From: Selaginella moellendorffii
Lineage: Eukaryota; Plantae; Lycopodiophyta
DNA: 64,000 bases
Assembly: GCF_000143415.4 (NCBI RefSeq)
Contig: NW_003314325.1
Span: forward strand, 460,567 to 524,566
Reading direction: 5' to 3'
The notes under the pieces: generated by a model
What the model was told of the DNA's origin: nothing
What the model saw: only the letters and a program-made list of their open reading frames with translations
The model's database searches: none
Made by a program: the position numbers and the translations under genes
Part shown: piece by piece, positions 11,940-22,779 of the stretch
Position numbering within the stretch: the stretch's first letter is position 1
How the letters are laid out: every line of letters starts with the position of its first letter

Positions 11940-12819
11940 ATGAAGGCTTACGACGGCAGCAGTAGCAACGGGCAGCACAAGAAGGCCTACGGCGGCAGCA
12001 GCAACGGGCAACACAATGTGTTCACAAAGGAAAAGCCCAAGGAGGTGGACATTTTTGCAATCGAGAACCCTGCTGAACGCAGGCGAGCAAGGTAAGCAAG
12101 ACTGAGTTTGATCTTTACTTGCTTTTGTTTGTAACAGGTACGAGATCATAGGAACTCATCGTCCGGGTGAGGAGGAGGGCTTACTCGTCGACCAATGCAG
12201 AAGATGTAAGCAGAGAGGCCATTGGGAAAGACACTGCAAGGGGGTAAGAAAGCTCAATTATTTCCCAGATTTGACTTTTTGTTTCTTCTTTTAGCCTGGA
12301 GTGGATCCTTTTGCTCATGAACAAAAGAAATGCTACCTCTGCCTAGTGAAGGGACACGATACTTATCAATGTTCAAGAGATCCCCTGCGAAATGAGGACT
12401 GGGCAGAGAGGACTTACACTGGACCAATGAAGAGACTTCGTCTTCAGGTTTGTATCAGTTTCTATTCTCTGTTTCTTTGTATGTTTATTTGTGTACGTTT
12501 TCAGGTGGGTTATATCGTTCAGGTAGCAGACTTCCCGCAATACCATCCTCGTTTCTGCGTCCAACGGATTGAATACGAAAACCTCAAACGGATCTGCAAA
12601 AAACATCCAGACTTGGGAATCATGGTTGTGCCTGAGCCACCCTGTCCTCTTGCGGCCCTTATCTGGGAATATTTTCAGCGACTGGATGAAGTTTTATACG
12701 AAGCAGGCCTAGGCTTCGAGTTTTACAGATCCGATGAAGAAGTGCCTCCAGGGTATGACCGGTATGCGGCTGCAGAAGAAGCATATATTGAAGAATTGAA
12801 AAATGAAGCGAAGCATTGA
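11940..12819 (+). CDS. Repeat + double CCHC zinc-knuckle protein, 4 exons (copy 1)
   Basis: Exon 1 MKAYDGSSSNGQHKKAYGGSSNGQH...; exon 2 CRRCKQRGHWERHC; exon 3 CYLCLVKGHDTYQC; exon 4 VGYIVQVADFPQYHPRFC...EAKH*. All introns are GT-AG and in phase. Confidence 0.75.
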
Positions 12820-13019
12820 AAGGTGATGAAGTAATAGAATAAGTATTATAGATGAGAAGACCTTTATAAGTTATTTTTCGTTTTCATTGATGGGATACTT
12901 TTCGTTTTCATTAAAACTAGCTAATGTTTATGTTTTAAACTAGTTTAACGCCTAGAGAGATAAAAAGAAGGTTCTTTCTGGGAGAGTGAAGAACTCCTCC
13001 TTCCCGCTCAAGCGTTTTA

Positions 13020-15440
13020 GGGTTCGCATTGGCGCTGCGGAGCTGGAAGCGGCGGGCGCTGGATCGTCCCCACAAGAGGCAAGACTGCATTTTGCGAGAA
13101 ATTTCTGGCCTGAATCTTGGCGTTGTTGGCAGTAGAATCGCCGAAATCTTTGCTCGCCGCTTCCCTGGTAGAAATCTGGTGCTTTTGTGTCTGTGCCTAG
13201 GCAGCGCAGCGATCCATGGGCCTACGCTTTCATCGAGCTGGAGAGGTCGCCGCCGGATGAGGCGTTGGTGCCTGAAACGAAGCTGGTGTTGCGCCATCAT
13301 TCCAGCCGCGGTCCAAAGCTTTGCTACCTCGACAAGGCCGCGGACATTGGTCGCTTGAGGAGCTGCGACGCAGTAGAGGGTATCCTAAAGACGATGAGGG
13401 AGCAGCACGAAAGCATTCAGAGGAGGAACAACAAAGTTAAGAACTTTTCACTACACCAGTGGGACAAAGCCGAGCAGGAGCTGCAAGAATCGATCGTTCA
13501 CTGGAAGCTGCTACAGGGACTCGCCTCGACGTTTACATCCTTCATCCTTCAAAATATACGAGCTAATCAGGTACCAACCACAAGCTTTTTTGTTATCTTG
13601 GTTTCATCGCATTAAACTATGAACACTGCTACAGGTCACTGTGCTGATTGGTGAGACTGGCTCTGGGAAGAGCACTGGACTCATGCAGTATTTATGTGAT
13701 GGTGGTTTATCGAGCAACGGGAATTTCCATCGTTTGTACACAGCCAAGGAAAGTAGCAGTATTTGCTCTTGCACGACGGGTTGCCGAAGGATGCCGCTGA
13801 GAAGACGAATTCCATTGGCCTCTTGGAATACAGGGCTCAACAAGACCTTGCCAAAATGGTACGGATTTACTCCTAGCAGTGCTGAAGGAATGTTTACGCG
13901 CACTTGAGAGTCATCGTTATGTCAGCTACAGCCGATGCCGAGCTTTTCGTTCCTGGAAGGAATTTCCCAGTTGAGATCCACTACGAACAGCACGAGACTT
14001 CAACCACATAACAAGGACAATGGAAAGAGTTTGCGAGCTTCACAAGGAGGCCGATTGAGGGAGATATATTGGCTTTCCTCACGGATATCGAATGGGTCTG
14101 CCAGTGATTGGCAAATACGCCGCATGCACTTGTGCTGCCTCTTCATGGAAGGCTTCGTCAAGAGGATCAGCAACTGGTATTCGAGGCGGCACCACCTGGT
14201 ACGGGAAAGATGGTCTTTGCAACAAATATCGCCGAGACGTCTTTGACGATGCCAGGAATCAGGTACTTCAAAGTTCTTTTACGATAATCTTCCTTGAAGC
14301 ATGTAGCTGATACTCGCTTTCTCGGCTTCTAGGTACGTGGTGGATCCAGGATTGTCAAAGCAAGCCATCTTTGATCCACAGACTGGGATGACAACGCTGG
14401 AGCTTACGGCAATCAGTCAAAGCCGCGACTCAAAGAGCTGGTCGTGCAGGGCGCACTAGTTCTGGTGTCTGCTACAGATTGTACAGCGATGAAGACTTTG
14501 ACGACAATGCTCTGGTGGGGACTTCGGAAATTTCCCGTTCTCACATGGGGATTATCAGGCTCCTGGCACTAGGCGGATGATGAAGTGAAGAACTGGAGGC
14601 TCACGAAAAACTGGCCAAGATAGGAGTGGAGCCACGGCTAGGCAAGATCATCCTCAACAGCCAGGCTCACTGTTGTGGTCGAGAAGTCAGTACCCTGTGA
14701 TGACCATCTTCTTCCGAGCCGGCTCTGAAGAAGCAAGCTCCTGGCAGACCGCCGGAAGATGCGCTGCTGTCATCGGCATGGAGACCTGTTCAGCCTCTTG
14801 GACGTGTACCGGGAATGGAGCAGCAAGCACGGCTGATAGCGACAACGAAATGAAGAAGCGCGGATAACACAGTTGACTTTGAAGGTATGCTACTACTCTT
14901 CATTCATGTTCAAGCAGGAAACCACTTTGTGAAGGTATCTCCCAAGGCGTATGGTACGAAGCGAATCGAGATCTCGTCCTGGAGCTTGCAAAGGCAGCTC
15001 TAGATAAACTGGTGGAAGGCGCTCCTTTTGAAGACGGCCTGCTGGACGAAGCTGCAATGAATGCAACCAGAAGGAGCGACAGATCTCACTGACGTCCACT
15101 TGGGATGATGAGAGTTCTGGTTGGAAAATCCGGGGTCGACTTAGCCGGGCTGGAAAAATCAGTGGGAGCTCCAGTGGCATTCCTTGTACGTACATGGGGA
15201 CGAGGAATGCGTGGAGAAAGCAAAGCAGGAAGCAGCGTCCTGGAAGAACGAAGCAACCCAGCAGTGGCAGCGATCGTCAACGAGTGCAAGCTCAGGCTGT
15301 CAGGAGGTGTTCCTCGCCGTCGACTTCGCGGCCTTGCTCAGCAAATGGACGAGCTGTGCAAAGCTTCCGTGGGAGTTTGCGTGGCCACGAGCGGGGGAGC
15401 CACAGGTCCGGACTGCGAAAGCTCATCAGCGATCTTTGTC
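13020..15440 (+). pseudogene. DEAH11/12-like RBR-helicase remnant (copy B)
   Basis: Motif I VLIGETGSGKST, motif III IVMSAT, motif [12 protein letters not shown], motif VI QRAGRAGRT, HA2 remnants and the post-RING segment MDELCKASVG. Many frameshifts and deletions; introns retained. Confidence 0.85.
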
Positions 15441-15529
15441 TAGAGAGCTTACTAGAGATTGAAGCAAAAAGATAAGTAGTTTGCTATATATAGCATTAGG
15501 TTTACTGAGCCCTCTTCAGCGACGACACA

Positions 15530-16246
15530 ATGGAGGAGGCTGCTTTGGAGTTGCTGCGGTTCTACGTTTCTCACTTCGATCTTCCCACAGTGAGAATAGC
15601 TCCTGTAAAGAAGCAAAACGCACGCAGGCAGGAGTTCATAAAATGGCATTCTAGTGCCCAATCTTTTCGTTTGATGGGCCTTCTCCCCAAGGAGGAACTT
15701 CCTCCTGATTTGCGACGCTTTGGGTTTGATACTTCTCCGGAGGCTCCACCGCCCACAAGGGCACCACGCCCTGTGGCGCCTACTTGCTGGGGTCGTTCAC
15801 GACCCGAGTACGAGCGCCTCAAGGCTGCATATGACACAAGAGTGCAAGCGATGGAAGACATGTATCGTGCGGCAAGGGATGCCTGGGATGTTCAACACCG
15901 AAATAGAGTCCGCCAGCAAGCTGTTGTTTCAAGGTTCAGGGCTCTTATTGAGAGCCACAGAGGGGCACCTCAGTTGCACGCGCTAGGTGCTTCTTTCCAA
16001 CATAGTGGCAAGGTGGAGACTCGTTTTGATGGTCTCTACGTGGTTGTGGATGGTGGGGAAAGGTTCCTCTGTCTTACTCCAGAAGAGATCTTCCCTAGTG
16101 GTGTGCAGGAGATCCCTTTGTTTGGGATATGCAGGATTGGCGACATTAATCATCAATTTTATTCCTTGGCTATGTCGAAATTCGAGGTAGGTCATCTGGT
16201 GAAGTATCCAGATTACATACGAGAGTACCCACACGGCATACCATAA
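15530..16246 (+). CDS. Hypothetical intronless protein, 238 aa (module-associated, unknown family)
   Basis: Intact ORF with a TATA box (ctatatatag, ~15484) upstream. Degraded paralogues lie at 21954-22400, 22420-22758 and 61173-62020. Confidence 0.6.
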   Translation: MEEAALELLRFYVSHFDLPTVRIAPVKKQNARRQEFIKWHSSAQSFRLMGLLPKEELPPDLRRFGFDTSPEAPPPTRAPRPVAPTCWGRSRPEYERLKAAYDTRVQAMEDMYRAARDAWDVQHRNRVRQQAVVSRFRALIESHRGAPQLHALGASFQHSGKVETRFDGLYVVVDGGERFLCLTPEEIFPSGVQEIPLFGICRIGDINHQFYSLAMSKFEVGHLVKYPDYIREYPHGIP

Positions 16247-16399
16247 ATGCTCCCTCTCTACTGTCAACTATGAATTGTTCTGTGGTAATAAAAGTATAAT
16301 AAAGCTAATGTTTCAATATAAAATGTAAACAGTAAAGAATAATGTGTCCATTTTAGTTGATAGAAAATTGCTATATCACTTTCTTGCCCAAGAGAAATC

Positions 16400-16850
16400 T
16401 GAAATGAGCAATCAAGCACATAGAGGAATGGAACTGGCTTGCGTGTGTGTGATAGTGTGTGCCACACTTGGCACGCACACGCTGGACGAAATGGGAGACA
16501 AAGACCTCCTCCTAGAGCTCTCCATAAAGAAATTCTGTCTTCACATCGAGCTAGTGAGCTACTTGTCCTAATGTGCATTTGAAGTCTGAGAATCGCATGG
16601 ACACAAATATTTTGCAGCAGTAGCTGAACTCTGTCAAGCAGGCTCTTCTCCATAGGCAAAACAATGGCGTGCAGCTATGGAGGAGGAGTACCATTCGCAG
16701 CAGGCAGGAAGGAGGGTGGTCAGCACGAATGCTGTTCAGGCTCAAGCTTGATGCTGCTGAGGTGCTGCGCTACAAAGATTGCTTTGTAGCAAGAGGACTT
16801 TCCCAGGTGGCAGGAGTTGATTTCTCATAAACATTTCCTCTAGGTGCATT
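16400..16850. mobile_element. Copia reverse transcriptase fragments (both orientations)
   Basis: Minus strand ~16560-16500 reads AH*LDVKTEFLYGEL*EEVF. Plus strand reads QQWRAAMEEEYHS and RYKDCFVARGLSQVAGVDFS*TF (the Copia RYKARLVARGF.Q..GVDF.ETF motif). Confidence 0.75.
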
Positions 16851-17060
16851 TTGGAAAACTTGTCATGGTGAGGCTTACAATCTCCAATCTTCCACTGTGC
16901 ATTAGATCTAATAAGTGGAAAGGAGATTTTGACCTAGTTCATCAGCATAAAGTAAATTAGAGGGATTGTTATAAATGTTTATTAGAGATTACTATTAAAA
17001 AGAAAATGTATTTTTTTATACTAGTAAGGATAATTTGCTACGCGTTGCATGTAAGAACGC

Positions 17061-17359
17061 TTGGTTTGCTTAATTACTACTTATTAATCCAATTGATCAA
17101 ATAAAAAATTAGAATTATAAAAATATTTATAATTTATAAATACATGCTATCAACCATTAGATGGTAGAATAAAAAAGAATATACTAGAAAGCGTTTAAGA
17201 AAGTTTATAAATTATAAACATGGTTATAAATCATAAATACAAGATTAATCTAAATAAATAACAACCATTGGATGGTAAAATATCCTAGAATATCCAAGAA
17301 TATTCTAAATATATCCACTACCATCCCAGTCCCTTTACAGGTTTGCTTAAGCAAACCAA
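17061..17359. mobile_element. MITE-like insertion with 13-bp terminal inverted repeats
   Basis: ttggtttgcttaa at 17061-17073 and ttaagcaaaccaa at 17347-17359. Absent at the paralogous sites in module 1 (~10720) and module 3 (~29400). Related sequence at ~54520-54910. Confidence 0.6.
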
Positions 17360-17962
17360 AAAATAGTTATGTTTACAAAATTTAATAGTAACTGCAACCA
17401 AGGTGATTTAAGTTTTTATGGAAGCAAAATTGCATTTATGGTATATTGGGTAGTAAATACAGAAATAGTTTTTCTGATATATAGCTTTTTTGGGTTTAAA
17501 ATTTAAATGTAATACAATATGAATGCAGTCACTTTAAGCTATAAAAAGTCACTGTATAGTATTTAGAAATATTACTTGATAGGTTGATATAACATTTGAA
17601 GTTGTTCTTAATTCTCAAACATTTCAGAGTGATTTTATCTAAATCTAAAGTTCCATTTGCTATTTTATAATTATGTATAAATATTTTCTTAAACAGCTCG
17701 ATTCTATGTAGGTCGTTGATTAGATGCCTTCAAATATTGACCATCCAATTAATAACATATTTCCTAACCACAGAACAAAAAATAGAGCGTTATTGTATTG
17801 GAATGCCAAACTGGAAATAGATATGGAGCATTATAAAAGTAAAATAAAATATAAAAACATTATTTCTATGCATGTATTAATTTATATAAAGCATTTTAAA
17901 GGTCTAGTTAGACTATAGTCAATATTTATAAATTTTTTAATTAGAAAAATTATAATACAATA

Positions 17963-17967
<5 letters not shown>

Positions 17968-18046
<79 letters not shown>

Positions 18047-18055
18047 ATGTATATA
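17968..18055. repeat. (AT)n/(TATG)n microsatellite
   Basis: Directly visible. Confidence 0.95.
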
Positions 18056-19757
18056 TTCTATTTTGTTGTTTACTTCTTAGCAAATTGGGCCCAAACTGTC
18101 TGGAAGGGGTATAGTCCTTATAAAACTTAAATACAACAAACCATAATTGCTGCAAAGCAGTATAATTTTTTAAATATAAAAGTCCAACTTTTAATGATAT
18201 ATATCTTAAAGCTATAAAGAAATATAAATATGATTTTTATTTTAGATTCCCATGTCTAACACCAAGTTTGTACATACTCTTTGTTCCACCTAGNNNNNNN
18301 NNNNNNNNNNNNNNNNNNNNNNNNNNNNNNNNNNNNNNNNNNNNNNNNNNNNNNNNNNNNNNNNNNNNNNNNNNNNNNNNNNNNNNNNNNNNNNNNNNNN
18401 NNNNNNNNNNNNNNNNNNNNNNNNNNNNNNNNNNNNNNNNNNNNNNNNNNNNNNNNNNNNNNNNNNNNNNNNNNNNNNNNNNNNNNNNNNNNNNNNNNNN
18501 NNNNNNNNNNNNNNNNNNNNNNNNNNNNNNNNNNNNNNNNNNNNNNNNNNNNNNNNNNNNNNNNNNNNNNNNNNNNNNNNNNNNNNNNNNNNNNNNNNNN
18601 NNNNNNNNNNNNNNNNNNNNNNNNNNNNNNNNNNNNNNNNNNNNNNNNNNNNNNNNNNNNCTTTACATGAGTGTAAACACCAGCAATATATATATATACA
18701 CATCATTGAATTCTACATTGTCTACACATGGACCTATATATAGGTTGAAAGCATCAATATGTTTTGCAATTAGGAAAAAATGTATGTTTTAGAAATAAAT
18801 ATGCTTAGTAAAATGGATTTATGTTCCTCTATAATGTTCCATTTAACTTTTCTACCCGGTCAAACTCTAGTTGACTGTTTATTTTAGTTTATTGGTCTTT
18901 TAGCATAAATATTGCATTGAGAAGACAAAAAACAAAAACTCAAAAGGAATCAATTGTAAATTACAAGTAAACGTATCAGTCTATAGGTAAAATTCAAAAA
19001 TAATATGCATTGCTTTTTCTAAAAGCCAGATAATAATTCTGTGTGTGTATTTTACTATTCATTCTAAATTTTTTTATAAAATTAAAACATCTATTTAATT
19101 TTATTTAGACCAGCATAGACTCTATATGTAACTTAAACCACAATAGCATATTTTAAATATATACTCTGAATATCTACGAATATTGCTGCTGGATTGTGGA
19201 TAAAATAAACCTTTAAGTGGATTCTTTTGTACTCTTTCTCTTCCCTCCACTTGCTTGGCTAGTTTGTTCGGGGAGCATTTACTCCCTTCTCATCTCTCTT
19301 AAGATTACTATAGTTGCTGGGACAAATCCTGGCCGTTCGTTTGATATGCAACTTCAGAATATGCTTGGTATAAAGTTAAAAATTTGTGTTATAAGAATAT
19401 AAAAATTTAATCATACGTGTGTGTCATTTACTCAGTTTTTTAAAAAGTAAATTGAAACTATAACTTAATTATCATCCAAAAATTATTCATCTCTAAGTTT
19501 TGTAAATACATGTGTATATATATATGTATTACCCTGCCTAGATTATACACTAATTATAGTACTAAAACTTATGGATTATCCATTTAAGACTGAATTTGGT
19601 CCATCCATTTTTGAATATAAGAAAAGGTTTAAACCCCAATTAATATATTTATTAATGTATCCCGAACACTCACAATTTATATTTTTATCATTTTTAATTT
19701 TTAAAAATATTATAAGATGAAATAATTTTCAATTATTAAGTAATAGAAGGTAGATCA

Positions 19758-19908
19758 TTACCATTTATGCGGCTTACTTAATTTTTACACACACACACAC
19801 ACACATTACCATTTATGTGGCTTACTTAATTTTTACACACACACACACACACACATATATTATGTGTGTGTGTGTGTAAAAATTAAGTAAGCCGCATAAA
19901 TGGTAATT
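19758..19908. repeat. Fold-back: direct plus inverted copies of a ~30-bp unit with (CA)n/(TG)n arms
   Basis: attaccatttatg(c/t)ggcttacttaattttta(ca)n occurs twice, then (tg)n taaaaattaagtaagccgcataaatggtaat. Confidence 0.85.
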
Positions 19909-20339
19909 TTAGCCGTTGGATCTACCTTCTATTACTATCGTTGCTGGGACAAATCCTGGCCGTTCGTTTGTAATGCAACCTAAGAATATGCTTGGTATAA
20001 AGGTTAGCGTTTGAGGGTTTCACCAGAAAAGTAAGGTAATCTCGAGATCGATTGCATCCTCCAGGTATCGCCCAGCCGATCGATTCTCCCGCCAGACAGG
20101 TAATCGATCGCCATGGGGTGGAAGCTCGGTCGCTCATGGAAACCTAATTATTTGTGCCGCCCAGGCTGTGATCGCGCATCGGAGCTACATCTTGTTCAAA
20201 GCTCTCCTCTCCGCCGTAGGCCCTCTTTGATTGCATTGCTTAGGTAAGGGATCTTCGATAAACAGGATGAATTAAAGCTCGCATCTTTTCAAGAACAGGG
20301 TATAGCTACCTGTGGGCTCTGGAGATTTCCTTTTTGAGG

Positions 20340-21294
20340 ATGAAGGCTTACAGTAGCAGCAGCAACGGGCAGCACAAGAAGGCTTACAGCGGCAGCAGTA
20401 GCAACGGGCACTACAGCAAGGCTTACGACGGCAGCAGTAGCAACGGGCAGCACAAGAAGGCCTACGGCGGCAGCAGCAACGGGCAACACAATGTGTTCAC
20501 AAAGGAAAAGCCCAAGGAGGTGGACATTTTTGCAATCGAGAACCCTGCCGAACTCATACGAGCAAGGTAACCGAGATTGAGTTTGATGTTTACTTGCTTT
20601 TGTTTGTAACAGGTACCAGATCATAGGAACTCATCGTCCGGGTGAGAAGGAGGGATTACTCATCGACCAATGCAGAAAATGTAAGGAGAGAGGCCACTGG
20701 GAAAGACACTGCAAGGGGGTAACAAAGCTCACGAATTTTCCAGATTTGACTTTTTGTTTCTTCTTTTAGCCTGGAGTGGATCCTTTTGCTCATGAACAGA
20801 AGAAATGCTACCTCTGCCTAGCGAAGGGACACGACACGTATCAGTGTTCAAGAGATCCCCTGCGAAATGAGGACTGGGCAGAGAGGACTTACACTGGACC
20901 AATGAAGAGACTTGATCAACAGGTTTGTATCAGTTTCTATTCTCTGTTTCTTTGTATGTTTATTTGTGTACGTTTTCAGGTGGGTTATATCGTCCAGGGA
21001 GCAGACTTCCCGCAATACCATCCTCGTTTCTGCGTCCAACGGATTGAATACGAAAACCTCAAACGGATCTGCAAAAAACATCCAGACTTGGGAATCTTCA
21101 TTGTGCCTCGGCCACCCTGCCCTCTTGCATCTCAAATCTGGGAATATTTTCAGCGACTGGATGAAGTTTTATACGAAGCAGGCCTAGGCTTCGAGTTTTA
21201 CAGATCCGATGAAGAAGTGCCTCCAGGGTATGACCGGTATGCAGCTGCAGAAGAAGCATATATTGAAGAATTGAAAAATGAAGCGAAGCATTGA
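20340..21294 (+). CDS. Repeat + double CCHC zinc-knuckle protein (copy 2, 4 N-terminal repeats)
   Basis: Same 4-exon structure with CRKCKERGHWERHC and CYLCLAKGHDTYQC; frame intact. Confidence 0.75.
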
Positions 21295-21420
21295 AAGGTG
21301 ATGTGTTTTAATAAAGTAATAGAATAAGTATTATAGATGAGAAGACCTTTATAAGTTATTTTTCGTTTTCATTAAAACTAGCTAATGTTTATGTTTAAAA
21401 CTAGTTTAACGCCTAGAGAG

Positions 21421-21915
21421 ACAAGCAGGAAACCACTTTGTGAAGGTATCTCCCAAGGCGTATGGTACGAAGCGAATCGAGATCTCGTCCTGGAGCTTGC
21501 AAAGGCAGCTCTAGATAAACTGGTGGAAGGCGCTCCTTTTGAAGACGGCCTGCTGGACGAAGCTGCAATGAATGCAACCAGAAGGAGCGACAGATCTCAC
21601 TGACGTCCACTTGGGATGATGAGAGTTCTGGTTGGAAAATCCGGGGTCGACTTAGCCGGGCTGGAAAAATCAGTGGGAGCTCCAGTGGCATTCCTTGTAT
21701 GTACATGGGGACGAGGAATGTGTGGAGAAAGCAAAGCAGGAAGCAGCGTCCTGGAAGAACGAAGCAACCCAGCAGTGGCAGTGGCAGTCGACGCAGCCCA
21801 ATCGTCAACGAGTACAAGCTCACTTTTGCCAACGAAGGCTGCCAGCAGGGTGTTACTCGTCGTCGACTTTGCAGCTTTGCTCAGCAAATGGACGAGCAAA
21901 TGGACGAGCTGTGGG
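21421..21915 (+). pseudogene. RBR-helicase 3' remnant (copy C)
   Basis: Near-identical to 14910-15360. Confidence 0.75.
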
Positions 21916-21953
21916 AGAGATAAAGCAAAAAGATAAGTAGTTTGCTATCTATG

Positions 21954-22400
21954 ATGGAGGAGGCTGTTCTGAAATAGCTGTGGTTCTACACCTTCCACTT
22001 CAATCTTCCCACTCAATAGAATTCATATGGAAGTAAAATGCTCACAGGTAAGAGTTCATAACATAACATTTTAGTGTTAGTCTTTTAGTTTGATGAGCAT
22101 TTTCCCCAAGGATGAATTTCTTCCAATGCTATGGGTTCGACACTTTTATTGAGTTGCCACCACCGACAAAGGCACCATATTTTATAGCACTTATTTGCTA
22201 GGGTTGTTCATGATATGAGTATAAGGTTGCTGACAACACAAGGGTGCAAGCGATTGAAGATGTATATCATGTAGCATCATGATGTGTATCATGATGTGTA
22301 AGATTTTCAACATCAAGAAAGAGTCTACAAGCAAACAATTGTATTGAGCTTCAAGGCTTTTATTGAGAGTTACATATCATATTAGGTGCTACTTACTAAC
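21954..22400 (+). pseudogene. Degraded copy of the 238-aa ORF
   Basis: atggaggaggctgttctgaaatag... is colinear with 15530-15990 and has many stops. Confidence 0.7.
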
Positions 22401-22419
22401 ACTTTGGTGTTGAACATCT

Positions 22420-22758
22420 TATATATCTTTTGCAACATGATATGCATTTTCAATCGCTTGCACCCTTGTGTTATAAATAGTTTTGAAGAGCTCATATTCA
22501 AGTCATGGACAACCCCAATAAATAAGCACCACAGGGTGTAATGCCTTTGTGAGCAGTGGTACCTTTAGAGAAATATTAAACCCATAGTATTGTAAATTAG
22601 GAGGAAGTTTCTTTTTAGGGAAAATGCTTAAAAGATTAAACATTAGAATGCTATATTATGAATTTTTGCCTGCGAGCATTTTGCTTTCTTATTCTTACTA
22701 TGGGAAGATCAAAGTGAAAAATATAAAAACATAGTAAATCCAAAACAGCTTCCTCCAT
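22420..22758 (-). pseudogene. Degraded inverted copy of the 238-aa ORF
   Basis: The reverse complement of 22435-22475 matches 22235-22275, and the ATG at 22758 matches 15530. Confidence 0.7.
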
Positions 22759-22779
22759 CGAGTTAAGAGGGCTACATCG

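Noticed and set aside
18268-18792. ORFs spanning N runs (also across 2669-2783 and 23691-23790)
   Set aside because: Artefacts of assembly gaps.
20340-20500. KKAYDGSSSNGQH repeats as a multi-copy peptide-hormone precursor or CRISPR-like array
   Set aside because: No signal peptide, spliced to zinc knuckles, and no unique spacers; the units are simple coding tandem repeats.
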